Below, piece by piece: positions 44,906 through 56,600 of a stretch of DNA of 64,000 bases. The notes beneath the pieces were generated by a model, which saw only the letters and a program-made list of their open reading frames with translations, did no database searches and had not been told where the DNA came from. Both the position numbers and the translations under genes were made by a program. The first letter of the stretch is position 1; every line of letters begins with the position of its first letter. Source of the DNA: Cyanophora paradoxa CCMP329 (lineage: Eukaryota > Plantae > Glaucophyta); assembly GCA_004431415.1 (NCBI GenBank), contig QPMI01000044.1, positions 372,001 to 436,000 on the forward strand, read 5' to 3'.

Positions 44906-46308
44906 ATGACAGCACAGCGCAACTTCAATGCGCAAGCGCTGATGAGCGCGCTTTACGGCGGCGACGCCGGCCACAGCGAGCCCGAGAGCGCGCCGACGAC
45001 GGTGCGCCTCGATGCGCCGCTCGCAACATGGTGGCGCGCGGTCTGTCTAGATTCACGTCTGAGCGTTGCATGCATTTTGGCAGGCCTCGACGCTGGCCAT
45101 GCATTTGGCAGCTCTGGCGCGCGGCTGACAGCTGCACCGGCGGGGCTGAAGGAAGGCGAGAGCACGTTCGGTGCGGCGGGAGGCGCGCCGCCGCCGCGCG
45201 TGCGCTGACGTCGACCGTGCGCTGACGTGCGCTGACGCGTTCGCAGGGAATTCGGGCGCCCTCGAGCTGGCTCGAGATGGGCAAAGAGGCTGGGCACTGC
45301 ATGCGATAGCCTCGCTCGGCTCGAGAGTACCGGGCGGCTTGGAGCACTTTAGCTCTGAATGCGCCACTCAGACGCGCGCGCACGCCCCGCCCGGTCCGCC
45401 CCGCGCCGCCCCGCTCCGCGCGGCGCCGCCACGCCCTGCGCGGCGCCGCCCGCGCCGCTCCGCCCCGCGGCGCCCCGCCACGCCCCGCCCCGCCCGCCCC
45501 GTCCCGCCCTGCGCCACCCTGCACTGCCCCGCCCTGCGCCGATGGTTCTTCCCCGCCCCGGTCCGCCACGCCCCGTTGACCCCCCCGGGCCAGCTTCGAA
45601 TTCGTGCCCCCTCCCCCTGCCTCCCTCCTCGCCGCCGCCGCCGCCGAAGCCGAGGTGCGTGTACCCCCCTTTGCGCACCCCGTACCCCGCTGAGAACCAG
45701 GTCCCGGGGTACAGTCGCGGGGCCAGATCGGGTCGGGAACGCTCTCGCCCACCGCAGCGGCCGGCGCGCGCGCGGCCGCCGCCGCCGCCGCGAACGCGGT
45801 ACCCTCTCTCGCCTCCCCCCCCCCTCCTTGCCTCCTCGCTACGCACTGAGCCGCGCACGTACGCCTCCAGACGGGGGATGCGGCGGTCCCGACGAGCCCG
45901 GGGGGCGGGGGCGGGGGCAGGGGCGGGGGCGCCTCCACGCGGCGCCTCTCCTTCTGGGACGACAAGGCGCGAGCGAACGAAGTCCCCCCAGGCTCGCCCC
46001 CCCCCCCCCCCCTCCCGCTAACTTTGTTCGCAAAGCAGGAAAGGAAGCGCGCCATCGAGTCGGCCCGCTCCATGCCCGGCTGCCTCCCCAGGTCCACGTC
46101 CCCCCCCCCCTCCCTCCCTCCCCCTCCCCCTCTCCCTCCCCCCCTCCCGGCTCCGCCCCGACCGCCCCCGCCCCCAAAGCCGCCGGCCCTGGCGCCTCCG
46201 TCACGCGCCCGTCCGCTTCGGAGCTGCCCGCCCACCCGCACTTCCGCCCTTGCCCCGCCCGCCCCAGCACCACCCGATATCGCTGATACGGGGCCCGAAG
46301 GGCTCTGA
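44906..46308 (+). CDS. Hypothetical, probably chimeric or degenerate gene containing the duplicated exons of the ARM-like gene
   Basis: Unique 5' exons (MTAQRNFNAQALMSALYGGD...) followed by FVPPPPASLLAAAAAEAE, SRGQIGSGTLSPT, STRRLSFWDDK and ERKRAIESARSMPGCLP, shared with 24024-24489. Confidence 0.35.
45589..46095 (+). repeat. Copy B of ~0.5 kb inverted dispersed duplication (partner 24024-24489)
   Basis: See copy A. Carries small indels (6 nt aattcg, extra GGGGGC units). Confidence 0.9.
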
Positions 46309-46999
46309 GCCGCCATTCGCCTCTACCCCGCCCTCCCTCGTCCCTCCCCCCACTCGAGCCTTCATTCAAGGGTACGCTCCTTCCCTCCGTCCGCCCCCTT
46401 ACCCCCTTTACCGCACTTATTTCGATTAGGTACCCCTTCCAACCTTGTTTCTTGCACCTGTACCCCCCCTCGGCGTTCCAAGCGGTGTAGAGGGGCGCGA
46501 GCCCGGTACCTGTCGGCCCCTACACAAAAGCAGCCACCGCGGGTCAACCCCCCCCCCCCCCCCCCCCCCACCCCCACCCCCCCACCCCCACCCCTTACCC
46601 CCCCCCGCGCCGCCCGGTCCGCCCCTGCGTACCCCTGCGCTTCTGCGATCGCGTACTTCGCCTTCGTATCCGGTTGCGTCTGCGTACCCCCGCCCCTGCT
46701 ACCCTCTAAAGGGCGGACCGTGAGGCCTAGGGTCTACGTTCGTGTACCCCCTTCCTTCGATCGCTCTCCCCAACCGACCGCCCCCACGCAGACGGTCGGG
46801 CGCCAGGGTACCCAGCTAGCTACTAGGCTAGGCCATGTGCCTCCGGCCACGGTCCCTCGCCCTCGACGAGCTTGCGATCGGTACCACCCAAGGGTCCGCG
46901 TACCCCCGGCGCCCGCCTTCGATCTTCCTTCCCCTGACCGCCCACACAGCGGACAGGGAGCTGGGTTCCGCGTACCCCCCTCGCCCAGGGCACCCCGTC

Positions 47000-48900
47000 T
47001 CCGTCTCTTCTCATCCGTCTGCGCCCGGCCCCTTGGGTCCCGGGGGCCGCGCGCGATCGCGAACCGTGGCCGGCCGCCCCGCCTTCGAATTCGACATCTG
47101 TAGCTAGATCTGGCTCGACTGCAGCTGGCATCCGACCCAGCTTGGTTTTCACTCGCAGCGGCATCGCCTTTGTCGTCGGAGGGGTACATGCAGCCCACGC
47201 CCCCCCGGGCGCGGCCCATCACTAATTATAAATGACTCTGACGCTGCCGCGACCGCGCTCGCGCAGGCCTGGCTCGTGACGGGGGCCGGGGGCGCAACCC
47301 GGGACCTCCTCGGCGTGGCCTCCGCCCTTAGCTGAAACTTATATATAATGATGTTAGAGCTCCCCTGGCCTACGCTATATCTAATCTAGAACCCGTCCCA
47401 GCGGCCCTCGTCATCGTGGCCGGATTGATCCTCCTCGCGACGCTCCTCCTCGGATTCGCCGGTGCGGGCCGCGCCGTCCTCCCCCATATATATGCATGCC
47501 CGGCCGTTTCCCCTCGCATGGACTCATGATCACCGCGCCCCGCTTGCCTGCGCGCATTCGAAGTCGCAGTGATTAAGAAGGAATATAAGAGGTTAGAGAT
47601 ATCGATCGGAGTCCGCTCGCGAGGGCCCATGGCCAGTTGCAGGCTCTAGATCTTCGAGCTCGATCTCGCGATCGGTCTCGCGCTCCCAATTCCGACTGTA
47701 CCCCCGCAGCAAGCCCCTCGTCGGATGCTACGGTGTCGTCCTGTTCCTCGCGCTCGTGAGCGATTTCTGTACCCCGCCCTCGGCCCCCTGCACTCTAGAT
47801 CTCGTCGTGAGCTGACGAGGGCGCACGGCAGACTCTGGGTACAGAAATTAAACCGCTTCGTCCTGCAGCTGGGTCCGGGTCCCTCTGCCTCGCTCCGTTC
47901 TAAGCCTTACCCCCAGCAATCGTCATTGCTGTTGCGGGGTACTCCCTCTTCATCAGCTCCGAGATTGGGAAGCCCCAGGTTCGATTCCAATACCCCGACG
48001 CCGTTTCATGTTTAATTTGAAATCTGGGGCTCACGCCGACGCCTTTCCCCCCCAGTTTGCGGCTACCCTCGACAAGCGTGTCAAGGCTCAGATGTCCCGC
48101 GACCCCAACGCGCGTACCCCCTTTCTCTCGCGGCCGGCGCCGGCTCGCGATCGGCTCTAACCGCCTCTCATGCGCAGGGCGTCTGCACTGCGTGCGCCGT
48201 ACCCCAACGTCGACGGCGCGGACGCAATCGATTAATCTTCCCCGGGGTACCCCCGCCCGCCCGCAGGAACAAAATCTTCCGCTGCACCGGTGGCTCCGTC
48301 TCCTGCTTCGAGGTATATTTCGATACCCCCCCCCGCCTCCCCCCCCCCTTCCGCCCCCCTGCGCCCCTGCGAGCCCTGACACCGCGCGCAGCTCAGCTTC
48401 GCGACGGACATGTGCCCTGCCGCCGCCACCTGCGCCCCCGTCATGGACGCCTACGGCCACGTGCGTATAAATACGTACCCCCTTTCCCTTCGCCTTCCCC
48501 CACCCGTACCCCGGCCTGCAGCTGATCGGACCCCTTTTCCCACTCGCAGGTCTCCTGCAAGTCCCGCGTGCGCTTCCGTACCCCCCCCTATCTTCCTCCC
48601 CCCTTGCCCCCCTCCTTGCTCTCTAACCGTCCGCCTCGGTCCCCTCTAGATCGCGGACCCCGTCCGCCCGTGGATCACCGCCGCCGGCGTCTAAATTCGG
48701 CATTGTCTGGGCCGTCGTGCGCGCGCTGTTCCCCCCACGTCGACCCTTACCTGTACCCCCGACCGACCGCTTTCTGTACCCCGCCGCCGCAGATCCTGCT
48801 CGCGGCGCTGCTCAAGCTCGCCTTCGTCAATCTCCGCAAGAGCGCGGAGAGCCCCTACACCTCCACCGTCCAAGAGCCATGCATATCCATGAGCCACAGC
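47000..48900 (+). CDS. Tetraspanin-like four-TM protein encoded by many very small exons; one apparent frameshift
   Basis: Exons GIAFVVGG|AWLVTG.., AALVIVAGLILLATLLLGFA, KPLVGCYGVVLFLAL, AIVIAVA; Cys-rich loop (KIFRCTGGSVSCFE|LSFATDMCPAAATCAPV..|VSCKS); then PWITAAGV/FGIVWAV|ILLAALLKLAFVNLRK. No canonical CCG seen. Ends uncertain. Confidence 0.45.
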
Positions 48901-49339
48901 CCAGGCGAACAAGTCTTGAAGCCGCATGTCTACGCATACTATGATACCTTAGCTATATCCCATACACCTCCACCGTCTAATTTACAATTGCGAGAGGCTA
49001 GGGTAGTGCACGTCATGGCGTGGCCCCCCGAGCAGCCGCATGCGCATCCACGTGCACGGCCTATGAAAGGCTTCACGCGGCGAACTTCGGAAACCGGTTG
49101 AAGTTCACAGCGAGCTCCAGCAGTTAACGTTCCGAACTGGCCCCCCTCCTCCTCCTCCCCTCCCCCCTCCCCCTCCCCTCCTCCCCTCCCCCCCCTCTCT
49201 GCTGACTGTGGAGGGGAGATCTGCTGACTGTGAGGGAGATCGTAAAGGTGCGCAATTATTTGCACGTGTCGCGGGGGCGCCAGCCGCTGAGCTGCAGCTT
49301 TCAATATTAATCTCCGCTCACACCGTGGCACTGTGACAG

Positions 49340-50113
49340 ATCTACACCTCGAACACCCCGAACGGGTGCGGCGGAGACGTCTACACCTTAACGGACGGAG
49401 GGTTCACTAGGGATGAAAACGAATATGGTGAGCGATCTAGAGCTGCAAGACTGGATTGCAGGCGATTGAGCGCGTGACTGTACGTATACGGACAGGGGAC
49501 CTCAACTATTCGGGGTCCCACGATCCGCAGCCTAAGATTGCAGGAAAGAATGTGGTAATCTGCGTAAGGGCTGGATACCACGCGAGTAAGCTTAAACCCT
49601 TCGCTAACTATGCGCTGCGGCATTCATTTTGCCTGGCCGGGCATCATTCCCGCGCTCTCAGATCTGTGCGACGGCAACGCCCTAACAAAATGCTGGAAAG
49701 GGAAGATTGGTGACTGGAAAGGATACAGGTGCTGGGAGCTCAAGAGCGAGTCGGCTGGGGGGGTGCGCGAGATCGCAGGCAGAGGCTTTGAGTTTAGACT
49801 GCAGCTGACGTCGATTGCGATGGCAGATGAGAAACATTGCCGACGAAGTCAGGGTGCGACGATATCCGATGCCATGACATCGATGGCATGTGCATTCATA
49901 TTGTCCAACAACCGTTGAACGCGCGCGCAGTATTGGAGGGACGGCACGGAAGAGCCCGTGAAGGTCTACACGTCGAGTCAATTGGACGAGGAGCAGGAGG
50001 CGCTCGCGGAGGACGACCTCGACTCCGACTTCGAGGCGGAGCTGCTCGGCGTCGTTTCCGAGGCCCAGGGGGCGGAGCTCTCCGCGGCCGACGCCGACGC
50101 GTGCTATAGCTAG
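49340..50113 (+). CDS. Small Cys-containing hypothetical protein with acidic C-terminal tail; 5' end not identified
   Basis: Exon-like segments IYTSNTPNGCGGDVYTLTDGG.., GDLNYSGSHDPQPK..ICVRAGYH, DLCDGNALTKCWKGK.., VYTSSQLDEEQEALAEDDLDSDFEAELLG..ACYS*, bounded by GT/AG. Confidence 0.35.
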
Positions 50114-50676
50114 GTACGCTGAGCGATGTCGATCCGGCACCCAGCTTGCAATCAGATTCTGGACCTCACACAATATTTTTTGTTTTTCGCGCTCCCACAT
50201 GCATATGCGTCATCGGGGGCCGCGCCTAAATCTCTCCCTCCTCCCCAACGTTAACCTCGACCAGCCGCAAACCCTTCTACAATTATATGGCATTGCCAGC
50301 CGCGGTCTCACATCAACAGTCGGCCTTGGCCAGCTGAATATCATTTTTGCATTGTAAATTTGAGAGGTCGAGGGTGTGTATTTCAATTGGTATCCGGGAT
50401 CCTTCTTCTGGGGATCATTCTTCTGCTAAGAGAAGCTTCAGGGGCGGAGGGAAAGGCGAAAAGGTGGAGAGGGAAGGGCTGGCGAAAACCAAAACGGGGG
50501 GGGGGGGAGCTAAGGAGCTAAGCGCAGAGGGTGTGGGATGATCACTGGTATCGCAGTGCACGTGCGGGGCTTGCGAGGCAAGCTTAAAAGTCGAGGCACA
50601 AACTCGAGGCACAGTGAAGTGTATCAAGAGCAGAAAAGTTCTTCAAAGCCAAGGGACAATAAGAAATCTATATATC

Positions 50677-53600
50677 CTATGTTCGTTTGTTAGGACGTCC
50701 GCCGCGTCCCCGTTGAATGCGATCGCGAATTAAACCCTCGAGACTCCTCACATGATCAGTCGCCGTCTTGAGCGCGCCGGGAGTGCCGCCGTTCTTGAAA
50801 AAAGACTGAAGGAACTTGGCTGTGTCGAGTGCGCGCTCGTACTTGCCTTGGCCCTCGAGCACACGAACCAACATCCCTCGCATCTGCCCAGGAGTTGGAA
50901 TTATCAGGAGCTGAAACGAGAGTAGAAATTTGAAACTCACGCCAAAATGCAGCTTCACGATCTCCTGTGGCATCTCCCTGTTGGATCGCTGAGCTTCGGA
51001 GCAGGCGGCCTCCGTGGCAGCGATGGCTCGATCCAATATCGCCTCGGCCTCGGAAAACTCTGCAGCGTTCTCCGGGCCTTCTTCGACGAGGTGCTCGACA
51101 AGCTTCTCCGCTACCTTGCACGACTGCTCGAGCGCTGCCACGGCCTTCTCCCGGCAGTTTTCGCCGTGCCGCTTGTAGAGATTGCTCAGAAACTCGAAGT
51201 CTTCAATCAAAAGCCCGCTGACGCTGCGGTAATGTGTCGCCGGGATCATGGTTGCGCCCTGGAGGCGCTGCCTGGCGCGCTGGAGGACACCAAATCTCTT
51301 GTCGATCTCGCCAATATCGGGGAGTACCGTCAACTGCGCGTAAAAGGGCGGAAGCTGGCTTCAAAATCGCGTTTGATTTCGATTCGGTGCGCGCGGCCGG
51401 GCGGAAGAATTCAAGCGGATTCGAACCATCGCCTGGCGGTCCCGATTGTACTCCTCCTCGATTCGCTTCTCGTCTTCGACGTAGACGTCGCGCTGGTCGC
51501 CGAACTGAGGCGGCACGGCCAGCGTCGCGGTCCGGGCAGCGGCGAGCGCCTCGCCCAAGCGCTCCGGGCCGGCGTCCGCGAGCAGAGTCGCCAGGCGGTC
51601 GTGCAGCTGATTTCGCAACCCAATCACACTCGGAAACAAGCTCAATAATGCTAATGATGCTTATTAAAACAAGACTTAATTAATTAGGCTTACTTCTATA
51701 ATGATGTTTTTAATACAACACTTAAGAAGCTTAAGCAACACTTTAGGATGCTCAATAACGTTTATGATGCCGAAAAGGCTTAATAATACAAGACCGAGTG
51801 GGCTTACCTCCCAGAGCTCCGTTCTGTCCCGGGTGCGGACGGAGCGCCCCAAGGCGGTGTACAGGACATCCTCGGCGTCCTCCAGCTTCCTGACTTCGCG
51901 GAAGTGGTCGAAGGCAAAGAGCGAAGCCATCTGGATGGTGTGGAACGCAGGCACGTAGCAGGCAGGCGACGTCACCATCAGATGGAACAGGCTCTCCGCC
52001 TTTGGGCCTGCAAGCTGGCGCAACGCGTCCTCGAATTCGTCGGGCGGCAGCTGCAGCGCGCCTTCCGCTGCGGATTTGATTCGCGTGAAATCAGAGTCGA
52101 AATCGGCGATAGCTCGCTGGAATGCCGAAGGTAGCTTGTCGCGTTCGAGGTGCGGGAAAGAGACAGATCCAGCGCTGCATCAAAAGCCGTGCGCAATAGA
52201 TGTCAGCTCCCGAAATTCATGATCGTGATCGAAGCCAGAGAAATCAAAGGTCGATCACTTTTGATCATGAAGCGCAATTTTGAAACGACGATTGCCACGC
52301 ATGCGCAAGAGACCGTCCGACGCAGTCGCTTCGCGGCCGAATCTGCAAGTCTAATCGTTATTCTAACGAGTGCACAGCGCAAGAAGATCACGTGATCATG
52401 ACTGGGATCACCGCTGCAGGCACTCCTCGGCCCTGCCCCGCTCCCCGGCGCTTTCGAACAGTTTGGCGGCGGCCCGGGCATGGCGTTGCTGGAGCTTGAC
52501 GTTTCCTGTCCCTGCAGGCGCGGCGTAAAGTTACGGAAAAGCTCGCGCTCTCAAGAAATTCAAGCTTAGGCCATGGCCAGCGCGCACCGGCCGCGACTGC
52601 GTTCTGCAGCTCGATCTCCGCCTCGGCGAGCGAGACGAGCGCCTTGCCGCCGGCGCCCGCGTTCTCGAAGGCGCGCTTGGCCGCCTCGAAGAGGCGGCGC
52701 TCCAGGAACTGCCGCCCGCGCGCCTCCCACTCGGCAGGCGTGCTTTCGCTGATCCGGGAGAGCTTCCCGCGCTCCTTGCTCGAAGCTTTCGCTTCCAGAT
52801 TCTGCGACACGGATGGTAAATGAAGATCGCTGGCAAGCCCTAGCCTTGAATTGCCAATGGCGAGATCGACGCTGTTTATGTTAATTGGAATATCAACGCA
52901 CCTGCGCCACGCCCGTGGCCGCAAAGAGGCCAAACATTGGCCCCCGGACCGACCGGTCCTCGTCATACAACCTACAGCCGCAATGAGTCGGACGCGTCGC
53001 GCTTCTTAGAGACAGGATAATTCATTGATCATGAGAAGCGCACCAGACCGAGCCCTTGGCGCGGGTGAGGGCCGTGTACAGATGCTTGAGCTCGGTTGCG
53101 ACCAGCCGGTGCTTGTGGGGATCGAAGCCGATCCTGCCTTTGCCTTTGGCCTTCGATCCCGAATCCGCTGCCTCGGGCTGCTTCGAAACTCGAGATCAGT
53201 TCGTTCGAAAGAGCGCCACAGACGTCGAAGAGTCAGCGGCCACGGTCCGCCAGCACGGACCTCGCGATCGAGAGCGCGAAAGTCGATAGGAGCGGCCGCG
53301 CCGCCCGCGCCCGCCGCCGCCGCCGCCGCCGCCGCCGCCTTGACGCGCTCCCGGACGGCGCCCTCCGCAGCCCGCGCCGCCTCCCGCCACATCCGCTCGT
53401 CCCGCCCCGGCGAGTCCGTGAAGAAGTTGAAGCTGAGGGACGAGTCACGCCGCGGAAGCAATTGCAAATCAATGCCAATCATGATTTATTGATAGTAGAT
53501 CTAAATATCGGGGGATGCGTCTAAAGAACTTCGAGTTCGATGATGTCGCTGCTTCTAAGCGTCTTGAAATGAATTTATAAGGCGCTGGGCGCACAGGAGG

Positions 53601-56600
53601 ACGTCCTCGAACTCGAGGCCCTTGACCTCCTCCACCGTCAGCACGTTCGAGCGGCCCAGCGCGTCCCCCAGCCGCGCCCGCCGCTCCTCCCCCCGCACGA
53701 TCACGACCTGCCCCCTGCCGGCACCGCGGCCGGCGCCGTCAGCTGGGGCGTGCACGCATGGCATGGCGTCTTCGCACCTGGTCGGCGCCGAGGTGGAGAT
53801 CGGGGGACGGCAGCCTGGACGCCTCGTCGCCGAACAGGAAGGCGGCCAGGTCCCGCAGGCCGCAGTACGGCAGCAGCAGCGGCGGCGGCCCCGCCCGAAG
53901 CCCTGCGCAGCATAAGCATACGCGTAAGCGATCAGAGGCGCAGCCGGCGCCCGGCCGCGGATCGCGCCGGTGTCGCGCTGGAGGACAATTGCAATTACAG
54001 CTTATATATAAGGCTCCCATAAATTATCCGCTCGTTGATTATATATACGCTCGTTTATAATCATATAAGGAGCCAGGGGCACACCGGTGTCGCGCTGGAG
54101 GACGTCGATCTCGCGGTCGAAGAGCAGCTCGAGCATGTCGACCACGACGGAGGAGCACGCCAGGATGCCCGCGTGCGACCGGTAGTTCTGCGTTCGAGTC
54201 GCGTAGCTGCGATCAGCTGCGCGCGATCGATTTTGCCGAGTATGTACCTGAGTGAGCTGCCAGATCGGGAGCTGGCCGGGGTGCGCCAGCGCCCGGCGGG
54301 CCGCGGCCGCCGGCGCCCCCGCCACGTTCACTTCGGAGTGGAAAAGGGAGCGCAGGTCGCAGAAGCGGAACGAGACGCCGCGGGCGATCGTCTGGACAGT
54401 TGCGATCTCGCCGATCAGAGGAAAGGTTGAAGGCCAAGACGTGCGAATTCAGTCCGGGCAACCTCTTTTTTTAAATTTTTACAACGCACTATAACACATT
54501 ATATATATATAGTTCTAATAAAATGGTCGGTTATGAAGGTGTAAAAACTATCAAGTATTTATTCTTTAATAGCTTAAATTTAAACGCCGTACCTGGCACG
54601 TGTCGCCGCAGAAGAAGAGGCCACCCGCGTCGCCGCTCACGGCCGCCGCCAGAGCGAGCTCCGCCTGCGTGAAGTCCTGCACCTGCGGAAATGTAAGCGG
54701 AAATGTAGGCTCAAGACGCGCTCGAACTTGCACTCGCACTCGCCTCGTCGACGATGATCTCGTGGATCGGCGGGCCCGCGTATCCCCGCGCAGAGACCTC
54801 GCGGTACAAGTGGTGCACGAGGTCCTGCGCACGGGCCGCGCCACATTGCTCAAGATCGATATCCGCTTCGGATCGAACTAGATATTCACAAGTTCGAGAG
54901 CGCACTGTGACGTCGTAGAGGCCGCGGCGGCGCTTGGCATCGCGGTAGGCGCCGTGGAGCTCGTGGATCGCCCGCCGCTGCTCCTCGTCCAGCCGGGACC
55001 GGTTCCGCCCGAGCGCCAGGTACGCGTCCCGCTCCAGGTACCCCTGCTCCCGCCCCAGGCTCTCGACGCTTCCCCTGCGCAAAAGTCAGATCAGATCAGA
55101 TCGGATGAAATCAGATCTGAGCGGAGGTCGATCGCGAGGGCGCACTGGATCAGAGAGAGGAACTCGGTCCAGACGAGCGTCGGGTGAGGCAGGGGCGCCG
55201 GCGCCCTCGCCCCGGCGCCCTTCGCAGAGGACCCGGCGAGGGCGGGCCAGAGCTCCCCCTCGAAGAGCTCGTACGTCACGAGCCGCGCCCCGGGCGGCCG
55301 TGGGAAGAACCGACGCCCCGGCGCCAGCGTCCCGTCCACCAGCTGCAGCCACTTCCGCCCCGTCACTGCGCATGCGGCGCGGCGGGCGTGAGGGACGTCG
55401 ACGAAGCATGTACAGCCAAATGCGAAGCAGCGATCGCGATCCTGACGGCGGGCGGACCGAAGAGGGGGTACGAGTCGTCGGAGACGGCGGCGAGCGAGTC
55501 GGGCAGCTCGCCGTCCGAGCGGCCAAGCGGCGGCAGCGGCGCCTCGCCCTCCGCCGGCCGCGCGAGCAGCGCGTGGCCCTCCTCCTGTGGCCCCCGGGCT
55601 CAGCCACGCGAAGCAAAGAAGAGAGAGGGGCGGGGCGGGCCGGGGCGGCGCACGAGGCGGGAGAAGAGGCGGCGTACTTCGGCGAGGAGGGCGGGGTTGT
55701 TCGTGAGGAAGACGGCGCGCATGTGGCCCGACGGCAGCAGCGCCGCCCCGCGCCCCAGCGACCAGTACGCGTGGTACCGCGCCCACAGCCTGCGGCCAGG
55801 CGATCAGAAGGCCACGACGCGTAAAACAGGGGCGCGGGGTGCGGCCGCATGCGCACCGGACGATGGCGCAGCTCGTCTTGCCCGTCCCGGACCGCTCGAC
55901 GGCGAGCACGGGGCCGCTCGCGCAGATGAGGTTCAGCTCCGCCGCCCTACGGACCGCCCTTAGCCGCAGCGGTACGGCGGAACTTCACGGCTTAATTCGA
56001 AGCTTCGCACGAGATTTCGGCGCGCTCGCTGGCCGGCACGTCCTCGTCGTCGCCCCCGCCGGCGCCCCCGCCCGCGAGCGGCCGCCCCGCGAGCGCCTCC
56101 CGCGCGATCGCCCCCGCCCGGCGCCGCACCTGCTCCATCACCGGCAGGTCTGCTGAAGCTCAGGCGGCGAGCGCGGCCGAGCCGCGCGCTCCGGTGCGGC
56201 ATCGCGGACCGTGCTCAATGGCGGGGCGAGGGCGCAAGGCCGGATCCCCTTCCCGCGGCCCCTCCGCGGGCGCCGCGGCGGCCGCGGGCGGCTCGACGGC
56301 CGCGAGCGCCGACAGCTCCAGCGTGAACTCGTCCGCCAGGGGCGACGGCGGCGCCTGCCCCTCCGGCTCCACCGGCAGCGAGCGCGGCGCGCGAACGCCG
56401 CCGGATTCGGGGGGCGCGCGGGAGGCCGCGGGGCGGACGCCGGCGACGCGGCCTGCGGGAGCAGCTGCCGCCGGCGGAAGCGCTCGCAGATCGCCCGCAC
56501 CGCCGCGGGCACGCCGTCGTGGTCGCACACGTTCCTGCGGCGCCGGCGCCGGCCGCGGCCGCTGTGAGCGAGGACGGGGCGGCGCGGGCGCGCGGCAGCA

